This document shows positions 21,171 through 30,816 of a stretch of 64,000 bases of DNA, in pieces (position 1 is the stretch's first letter; the number at the start of each line of letters is the position of its first letter). The stretch is from contig KZ538254.1 in assembly GCA_000934665.2 (NCBI GenBank), positions 1-64,000 of the forward strand. Reading direction: 5' to 3'. The notes under the pieces are model-generated. The model saw nothing but the letters and a program-made list of their open reading frames with translations, searched no databases and was not told where the DNA came from. Made by a program: the position numbers and the translations under genes. This stretch comes from Catajapyx aquilonaris. Its lineage: Eukaryota.

Positions 21171-24100
21171 TCAATGCGGATCACTGCTGCCTGACTTATT
21201 GTCATTCTCTGTGGTACCAGAAGGACTGTTATCTCCATTTTCACGTGATGGTGCTGCTGGTGATGGATGATGCAAACTGGCAAATGCTTCTTTAAGCTCC
21301 TCCTGCAAGAGGTGGTGGCTGTGGGCCAGCTTGTCCCTGTCCTCCCCTGGAGGTGTGGTGCTGGGCCCCACCGCAGGAACCATCCCCTTTGCCTGCTGGC
21401 TCCCTAGTGACGGGTGACTGTCATAGCCAGGCATGTCTTCCGGAGAAGTGTCAGCAACAGAGCGAGCTTGGGGTCTCTGCGGCAGCCCTGACGTCGTTGC
21501 CCTCTGAGAGACACTGGCTGGCTGGCTCTGCTGAAGATCCTCCTCCCCTTGGAACCGGTCTGCTGATGAAGAGGCATCGTGCCATTCGATAGGGGAATTG
21601 TATTCTTCCCTCTGCAGAAGCGTTGGCCTTGCTTCCCGTTGCTGAAGATCCTCCTCCCCTTGGAACTGGCCGACTGATGAATAGGCATCGTGCCATTCAA
21701 TAGGGGAATGGTATTCTTCCCTCCGCAAAAGCGTTGGCCTTGCTTCCCGTTGCTGAAGATCCCCCTCCCTTTGGAACTGGTCGGCTGATGAAGAGGCATC
21801 GTGCCATTCGTCGATAGGGGAACGGTATTCTTGATCCCTCTCCAGAAGCGTTTGCCTTGGTTCCCGTTGGCCTGGGTGTCGGGCACTCCACCTCAAATTG
21901 TGCCTGACTAATTCTTCATCAAATAAATCCACCCTCCCGTGCCTGTGCCTCCTACCATTCCCTTCATGACTGTCATGACCGGGGTGGCTTTCCTTGACCT
22001 CTGCAGCCCCAGGGTCATCCTCACTGAGCTTCCCATAATCATACTGGCTAGCCCAGTCACTGTCATTCGCACTTCCATCAGATGGTCGTCTGGCATGATC
22101 ACGTCCGCTGCTCCTTCCATGAGCACCCTCACCTCCATGAGCACCCTCGCCTCCATGAGCACCCTCACCTCCATGAGCGTGCTCACCTCCATGAGCATGC
22201 TCACCTCCATGAGAAACATCTTGTTTCTTGGATCCATTGGTGGTTCCTGCATGATTCACTCCGACTCCCTCATTCCTTCGTCCAACATTAGCAATGTGTC
22301 TTTCCAATCTTTCAACGAGATCTCGAACCAGATTTTGACGAGAAATTTGCTGGCTGTCTTCCACTTTGTGCTGGCCGCTGCTTGCCTTGTGTTCATGCTC
22401 GGCGCTGCTTTCCTTATTGTGTTCATGCTCGCCGCTGCTTGCCTTGTGTTCATGGTGGCCGCTGCTTGCCTTCTGTTCATGCTCATGTCCAGCAGAGCTG
22501 TGATTCTCATCATCCTTGTGCATGGGATATTGGCCATCCTCCCCTAACCCTCGTCCGCCATAATCCCTTGCCCCCCTTCGTGGCACATCCTGCCTTCCTG
22601 TGCCACGATGCTGACCCCGTCGAGCCCCTCTTTTTCTCAACTCCAAATCACTCTCTCCACTGGATGCTGGACTAGACAGGCTACTTTGGCTACTCAAGCC
22701 ACTCCCGCCTTCTTCCTCGTCATGATGGGGTCTTCTGCTCCTGATTTGTCCACGCCTCCTCCTGAGATAGCGATTCGTTTTTGGATTAGATTCACTAGCG
22801 ATATGACTCGAAGTATTGCACTGAACGGAAGGACCTGCCTGGTTTTCATCATCCTTCTTGCCTGTCACATTTGGCTTAGTTCTCTGACTTGTCTGGCGGC
22901 TCTCTTCCCCACCATCTCCTTCTGGGTGACCCCTAGACCGCCTCTGCTTTTCACTTGCCTTCCTGTGCACTTCTCCACGACCAGAATCCACTCCTGCAGC
23001 ACTGCCTCTATCAGGACTGCTGTCATCCTTGGAGGAAGACTCCATCCCTGTCAACTTCGTGCCGCCTGACTTCCCCCTCTTCATCCTACGACTCCTGAGT
23101 TTCATGAGTGGATCATCTCCTAATGAATCCTTCCTGACGGTGCCACCTGAATGGCTTGTCTCTCCCTCAGTTTTCTTCTCCAACCTGTCACCCGCCTCGG
23201 GGGAAGACTCCATCCCACTTAGTATTGTGCCGCTTGATTTCCTCCTCTCCATCTGACGTCTCTTGAGTTCACTGAGCGGATCGTCATCTGGTGAATCCCT
23301 CCGGAATGTGCCATCTGAAGGGCTTTTCTCACCTTGGGTTTTCTTCTCCAACCTGTCACCTGCCTTTATAGGGGGAGACTCCATCCCTGTCGTACTGCTT
23401 GATTTCCTCCTCTTTATCCGACTACTCTTGAGTTCGCTGAATGGCTCATCTCCTGGTGAATCCCTCTGGGATATGTCAGACTCACTGGCAGAAGAGCTAC
23501 TAGTCCACAAAGTGTGACTGTGAGGACGACTCCGAGTCTGTACTTCACTTCTCTTCTTCGCGCTCTGTGTAGAAGGAATCTCTGTTGGCCTGGCGCTACG
23601 TGACTTTCCCAATTCCCTCAGATATTTGTGTCTTGATGCAACCCTCTGTTGTACGACGCCTTCATCGCTTGAGCTCGAAGAGAGATCATGAGACTGCCTG
23701 GTGAGATTCTCCCCATTGCTTTCCTCTTCTGGGAGCAATGCAGTCGTGCTTGAATTTTTCCTTCTTATGCGGCTAATTCTCCGGTGTTCCAGAGGCTCAT
23801 CATCTATTGAATCCTTCCGATCTGCAGAAGTGCCACTTGCCATGAAAGTGGGATCATGAGACCGCCGGACATGGCTTTCTTTGTGAGTCTCCTTCGGACT
23901 GCTGCTCTTCTTGGGTGAAGATTTAGGCTCTCTCGTCTCAACCTGACTTTTTGCCAGTTCACTCAAACGTTTGTCCCCTGATGAAGCCCTCCTAACATTG
24001 CTACTCATCTTCCATTGATTGATGAGGTCAGTGTCGCTATGCATCCCTTCATCCTCTATGCTCCTCAAGGCTTTGCCAGACCTTGACTTTGGGCTGCCAA

Positions 24101-27100
24101 TACCTCTTTCCAGCGGCTTCTTATCGTCACCTCTGCCTTCGCGCGACATGGATGCAGCCACCTCCTCCACTATTTGCCTTGCCTTCCCCAAGTTGAACAA
24201 GCACTCTGCTTCTTGCTTCCTGAGGTGGAGCAGAACCTGCCTTGCCAAGTGCACTTGGCTCTTGTCCTCTCCACTCAAGGGTCTGCCTGGCCTCAGCTTC
24301 TGCATGCGCTCTTCCAGGTCCTTCAGCCTCTTCTCCTCCTCAAATATGACACGTAGACAGTGCACCACGCTGCTGTCTTTGTTCACCAGGGCCTTCAAGC
24401 TCTCGTCTGATGGGGACGTTGCAGAGGACTCGAGACCTTCATACACAGGGTGAAGCACAACCTCGTCTCTGGCTTCATCTTCAGCCCCTAGCTCTCCTAA
24501 GCATTTGAGGATTTTCTCCTCTTGTATCCTTCGGGACACTCCTTCCGAGTGCATCAGCCTGTCTATTTCCGTCAGCCTCAAGAGGATGGAAGCCCTGCTC
24601 TCCTGCAGCTTGACCTCATCCTGGCCACCACCTCCACCACCACGATCGTATCGCAACTGGGCAATGCTGCCTTCCAGCACCCTCAGCCGACGCTCCTCCT
24701 CCTCCCTCAGCTGGGCCAGCTGCTCCTCCAGCGCCTTCAGCCTGTCTTCCTCCGACCCTTGCTGGAAGGCCTCTTCCTCCAGCCTGCTCTTCCTCCTCTC
24801 CTGCAGCCTCTGCAGCCTCTTCTCCTCGTCCTCCTTCAGCCTCCTCAGGCTCTCCTCCAGTATCCTCATGCGAGTCATCTCCGCTGTCTGGCCTCCCAAA
24901 CTCTCCATCTTCCTCAGGCACTCCTCCTCCTCCTGCTCCCTCCTCATCCTCTCCTCCTCCAGCCTGCTCAACCTCTCCTCTTCCTCTTCCTTGAACTTGT
25001 GAAGTCGCTCCTCCAGCCTGCTCAGGTGCTCCTCCTCCTCTTCCATCCTCCGCTTCTCCCTCTCCGCCAAGCTCTTCCGTACAAGCTGCTCCTCCTTCAG
25101 AAGCCTCTGCTCCTTCTCTTCCAGTTTCTTCCTGCGAGACTCCTGAAACATGTGGAGCTCCTCTTCCTCCTCCTGCCTCCGCCTCTCGTCATCCTCCTGA
25201 CTCAGCCTCCTCCGCTCCCCCTGGATCAGGGACAGCTCCTCTTCCTCCCGCATGCTCTTCCTCCTCCTCCTCCTCCTCCACTTCTCCTTCTCCAGCGTCA
25301 GGATGGAGTCCCTCGTCTCCAGCTTCTCAGACGGAGAGGAGGCCTCCAAGAGGGGGCCAGCTGCCCTGAAATTGTCATCCAGGCACTGGAGGATCCTCTG
25401 CTTCTGCTTCAGCTTGCTCAGGCGGTCCTCTTCCTCCGCAGCTGCCTCCAATTTTCTCAGGTTCTCACTCTCCAGCCTTCTAACGTACTCAGACTCCATC
25501 TCCAGCTTGAACAAGCGGTCCGCTTTGGTGCCTGTCTCAGTCTCACTGGGAGGATGAGGCGATTTCTCCTGCGCACTTAGCAATTGTCTTTGGCTTGGCT
25601 GCTCAACTGGGCTTTCGGACGCTTTATCTGACTTTTTAGACTTTTTCCTCTCGTCCAGTATTCTTAGTGAATCTACATGACCCAATGATTTGGAACCCTT
25701 GTACCGTCGTTGCCCTTCCGTTGGTGCCAGGGGTGCCTGAGACAACCACAGCTCTACATCCTCTTCATATCGCAGCTGGAGTCTGTCCAGCTCGGAAAGA
25801 CAAGCAGTGGTCGACAACAGTTTCTCAGAACCTTCTTCCAAGTCTCTTATTCGTCCTGGGCGGGGTGAGACTGGAGGAGTTATACCCCTGGAATGTAACA
25901 TGGTCAGGTGATGTCAGACATGTCCTGATATTCAGCAGTGATGAAAATAAGTAATATCAATTAATAAGCTGCAGTTAAATTGGAGACAGGAAACATATTT
26001 TAGCTGAAAAAGTAACGCGAAAGTTGACGGCAGTGAAACATTATTCTGCTTGCCCCATCACTTTTCCAGTTTTAGAAGAAAAAAAATAGCTTCCTGGAAT
26101 CTAGGTCTAAACACTTCAAAATCAGCACTGCTGAGCTCACTCTTCTTCCGAGAAATCGGATTCGTCTCCATACTCCAGAGGATTTTTGCAACTGGTGCAC
26201 ATGTTTTCCAGCTCCGTAAAGCATGGCCTGCAGTACACGACCTTGCAATACGGAACGGGGCAGATGAAGAACCCTTTCTCATCACTCGCTTCGCCTGCCG
26301 TGCCACACACCAAGCAGTACTGTTCGTCAGGCAGGAGTCGGCTCAGGCACCTCCCAACAATGGGGATCCTGCAACACAGAAAAATGAGGAAGCCGCATTT
26401 CTGGTGATCACGTCCGTATTCAGAGAGAGACATCTTAGAGAGAAGGCCGAGATCCTTACACCCAAATGACGGCATGCGTACCTCTGAAGACAGTGCCTGT
26501 TAATGACCTTGAAGGTGGGAGATGATGCTTCACCCTTGGTCCGCTCCCTGATCTTCCTGCGGGCATTTTTGAGGAAGCCAGACCTGGTGGCCAGGATCCG
26601 GTTGAGCAGCCAGGCCGCCCTGAGTTTCTTTGTCTCAGGGTAGTACCACCCGCAGATCAGGTGGCGCATCCTGAGTACGTAGGAGCCGAATATCACCATC
26701 ACAAAGCTAACCAGGAGGAGCAGGCCTGCAAAGGAGATGTCAAGCATGCAATAAGTGATAGGTAACCAAAGAGAACCATGCACATCACCTTGTTGCACAA
26801 CTTGTTACAATTTTTGCTGTATAGGTTTACCATTAAACACACAACTGGCCTTAAATCAAAGACAAACATAATTATTATAATAACTGATTAGCAGATAAGC
26901 CTAATTGATAAAGTCCCTTTCACATCCCCAACTATATACCAATGTGTGTCATCCTGGCAAGGTCTGGAGGCCGTGGTGCAGGAAGGCAAGGGGTCGTGTC
27001 CAGGACGACTGGAGTCCCCCTCAAAGGATCCATGGTCTTGATGATGCTCCTATACACATCGGCCAGAGCACCATGGCCTTCCACGTGGGTTGAAACTCGC

Positions 27101-29336
27101 CCAGGAGCTTAAAAGTCAAATTAGGATGAGGCTCAGCCTTTGAAAAGTCCCACAAAAAATTAATCTTATTATTTTACAGCTGGTGGCTGTAGGACAGCAA
27201 TCAGCTTCTTGGTAGTCTGCAATATAAGGAAAGTCCGCAACCTCATGGAACAATAAGTCATTTTTGGCCCAGCTCATGCGAGCTGCAGCGACCAATGATC
27301 ACCTTTTTTTTTTTTCTTCTTCCAATGCAGTGCATTCCTGCCCATAATGTCACTCACCCTCAATTTTGACTGTGTAGTGACCATGTGCCTTCATCATTTC
27401 CAGAAGCCAGAAGAGGGTGTAATCTGTGGCCAGGTAAAAGCTAACTTGGACCACGCTCAGGAGCAACATGAACATCCCAAAGGCCAACGACTTTCTCTCC
27501 TTCCTCACCATTCGAAGAGAAGAGTTCTGTGAAAGGAAAAGGACGAGGTCGAGTGAGGGGGGCAAGGAAGCCATGAAAAGTACGCAGCTCCGTGCTTCAG
27601 CTCCCCCAATCGCATTACCCGAATGTACTTCTTCTTTTCCCACTTCCTGAGGGGAAGCACGGATTCTTTCCCCTTATACTTCAGCTGCAGGTCCATCTCG
27701 AGAAGCTCCTCTGACAGGTAGTAGTTGTCAAACTCGTTGCGTGCAATGTACTTCCTCCGATACACAATGGCCCTAATAAATATTGCAAGTCCAACCAGGA
27801 GACATACATGCAACATAGTGCGTTGAAAATACTCACTTGAGAAAAACCATAAGGAAGAGGACGGCAAGAGCACTGTTGATGAGGTCAAAAACCATGGATA
27901 TGTCCTTAACCTTTTCGTGGATCTCATCCATAATGTCTTCCTGCACTTCCTCGTAGGTTTTATTCTGGGTCACATTGTGCGAACTGACGTGCTTGAAGTG
28001 AAGCTGCATGTCAAACACCGACTTGGTGTATTCCACATAATGCTGGATGCCTAAGAAGACCCCCAGTAAGATGCATGCATAACCAACCCAAGCTTAATGT
28101 GATGGTCCCACTGCCTGCTGAAGGACTTACTCTCTCTAATGATTCCGACTATTTTGCTCTTGAGGAAGGAGGGTAAGGTGCAGAAGAAGTCGAGGACCTT
28201 GGCTACCTGGCAGACCTCCCTGACTACTTTCACTGCCAGGCACACGGTGCCCACCACGGGGCCCAGCTTCTTCTTGCAGTCGTCAAGCGCCGGCTGGAAA
28301 GAATTCCAACACCTGTGGTATGGCGTCCCCATGTCCTCATTGCACACGTCCACAACTCCACGCAGCCAGCCAAACGCACTCTCAATCGCATCGGCTGCAA
28401 CGAATGGGCCCGCTCCACACTTTAGAAATGGCCCAGTTGTTGGAGATGCCACCTCATCAGTGGCATATGCAACTGTGATGCGAACAGCTGGATTGAAAAT
28501 CATGGAGCATAACATACCGACTCTCTGAACTTGGGATTTGAGGTTTGCCAGGCGCTCTTGAAGCTTCCTGGCAATGTCATTCAGCTCGCTCTCCAGGTTT
28601 CTGAGCATGTCCTTCATGTTGGCAAGGGGAGCCTTTGCCGCCTGGACCAGGGCGTCCTTTGACTGGGCCAGTACCTGCTGGGTGCACGAGAGGGTTGACG
28701 TCAGGACCTCTGTGTTGTGGAGAACGTTCTTGGCTGGCCCAGACAACACCAGGATGAAAATGTAGGCCAGCAGGATTGCCCGTCCTTTGCCTGTGCAGAA
28801 CTGTGGGAAGGCCAGCAGGAAGATGCACCTGAGGCTGCTGGAGAAGGCCAGGCCAAGGGTCAGGAAGAGGCCCACTCCAGAGCACGCCATGGAAGCCGAC
28901 GTCGAGAGGATTCCCAACTCCAGCACCAAGAAGACGTAAAAAACCAATGTGATCAAGGCGCCAACTGGAAATTCCAAAGAGCATGACAAGGTTTGCTTGC
29001 ACCCCATTTCCCATTTCCAGGACACGACTAGTTCCCTGCACTCACACAAGAATCCCATGAAGGTTGTCAGAAAGTAGAGTCCCCATGCCGATGTGTCCAG
29101 AAAGTAACTCACGCATCGGAGGCTCTTGACTTTCGACGCCAGGTATTTCACACTCCTGATCGCAAATTAATACCTCAAACAACGCAATTATTGCACCATG
29201 ACAGGGTTGGTTACCTTCGACACCATGATTGATCACGTTCCTTCCGTTTAGAATATGCAGCTGCCTTGGCTTCTAGCAGCTTGGGGAATTTCCATCTGAA
29301 GATAAGGAGCCGCCACAGTGAAGACAACAGTGACAT
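21171..29336 (-). CDS. DCST2: DC-STAMP domain-containing protein (DCST2/SPE-42/sneaky family) with C4C4 RING and a ~1570-aa C-terminal extension; about 2278 aa in the long form
   Basis: Exons 29336-29215, 29155-29046, 28964-28518, 28394-28131, 28050-27837, 27772-27619, 27526-27358, 27107-26940, 26725-26482, 26368-26141 and 25887-21171; phases consistent, total 6837 nt. Family motifs RCIFLLAFPQFCTGKGR, LSGPAKN, CNEDMGTPYHRC, YIARNEFDNYY, VLPLRKWE, CLPAPRPPD, LRMRHLICGWYYP, and RING CLVC..CPVPYC..YCRPC..CTSC followed by PLEYGDESDFSEE. The core family call is strong; joining of the last exon and DCST2 versus DCST1 are inferences. Confidence 0.8.
21527..21870 (-). repeat. Coding tandem repeat, 3 x 111 bp (37 aa: QQREARPTLLxREEYxSPIEWHDAxSSxxxFQGEEDL)
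   Basis: gctgaagatc recurs at 21530, 21641 and 21752, exactly 111 bp apart. Confidence 0.9.
22117..22490 (-). repeat. His-rich coding repeats: (HGGE[H/G]A)x5 and HEHKASSG-like x4
   Basis: 18-bp units (ctccatgagc...) at about 22117-22211, and HEHEQKASSGHHEHKASSGEHEHNKESSAEHEHKASSGQH at about 22368-22490. Confidence 0.88.
23030..23470 (-). repeat. Coding tandem repeat of about 55-56 aa (2.6 copies, plus a diverged copy at about 23740-23825)
   Basis: RDSPGDEPFSELK..RRKSS..GMES..AGDRLEKKT / RDSPDDDPLSELK..RRKSS..GMES..AGDRLEKKT / KDSLGDDPLMKL..RGKSG..GMES. Confidence 0.85.
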
Positions 29337-30816
29337 CTCGACCAACGAGCATTGCAGCCAGGTGCGTTCAAGGATATTTTTCACTGTTGACAATCTCGTA
29401 ACGATGGAAACGCTCCTTCAGGAATAAACTCCCTTGCAGGGACTTCCCTGCAACGAGGAACAGACATTCTGGCGATGCCTCTTCGGCATGCAGTCGCCCC
29501 ATCGCCAAACCCTTTCCAACGCATTGGGTACCACCGAGAGACCTCAAATCATAACAACATTCCTGTCTTAGCTCCATTACCATTTTTTCTCTCTCTCTCT
29601 CTTTCTCTTTTTATTTCTTACAAGCATGTACATTACAAGATAAAGGGAGACTAAAATCCAACTGCAATCACCATGATTCATTAATTTATGCTTGGGGGGG
29701 GGGGGGGGGGGGGGNNNNNNNNNNNNNNNNNNNNNNNNNNNGGGGGGGGGGAGGGGTCAATGAGGAGGCTTTTGTTTGTCATCATCTGGCATATTGGGGG
29801 GTGGCCCACATGATTACCTCCTGGCCATGAAAATGGTCAAAAACCAGTCGAAAGCGACTAACCTTTCACTTGGTGTAAATGGAGGGGAGACTACGAATAA
29901 CCATTAGAGCGCCATCATTCTCGTGAGTGACAATAATTACTGTGAGTAACAATACATAAATGGGGGAGGGGGAAAGAAATATTGACCATTACTTTGAGTA
30001 TTAACAATGTTACCGTCTCTCTCTCTCGTCAAGTGCAAACAATTAGAATTGATTGGATCCCTCCGAACTGCTCTCCTCTTCTTTTTTTTTTTTTTCATAT
30101 ATATAAAAGGTGACCCCTGTCATATCTTTCTATTATGTACAAACTCCCATCTCACCCTGGGGGGTAAAGTAATGAGGGGAAATAACTGCGTAACAGAGGG
30201 AAAACGCCAGCCACTCACTACTCCCCTGCACTTTATGTCACGAACGTCCATCTGGTAACAACATTGATAGTAGCGACTGAAGAGGAGGGGGGGAGCGCCC
30301 TCATCTCATATTATAATAAATGTGATGTGAAAATTGGGACCTATGTATAAAATAATAATTATTATTAGCCCTTCCACTAAGCAGCAACCAAAGGAAGGAG
30401 GGGACAAGCTTGGGTTGGGGGGGGGAGACATGTTTTTTCCATCACGTTTCCTCCTCTCTTCTACATTTTTATACCAAAAGAAGGCAAAGGCCGAAGACAC
30501 TGCTGGACTCTCGTGCACATACTAGCATACTCACACATGCTCTGGATACGCATTTACTCTCACACTCGTAGCAATTGGCCTACACTGAGATGGAGATGGG
30601 AGGGAAGGGGGGAAAGTGTCGTAGGAGGTTCAAAGAGGACCGACAAACTGAAGAGGCAAAAGGGTGGTGAGGTGGGGGGGCACAGACGATGCCCAAGTCT
30701 CTTCCAGCCATACGTGATGTCCCTCCACACGTATTCACACACTACAGCACAGTGGAAAATGGAAACCAGAAACAGGAACAAAAACAGCAGGCAGAAGCTG
30801 TCCTCTCTTCCAGTGC

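Noticed and set aside
21527..22500. Regularly spaced repeats considered as a CRISPR-like array
   Set aside because: They are in-frame coding tandem repeats without unique spacers, in a spliced eukaryotic gene with no cas genes.
24522..25580. 352-aa plus-strand Leu/Pro/Gln-rich ORF
   Set aside because: Antisense shadow of the GAG/AGG-rich E/R region of the giant exon; no independent motifs.
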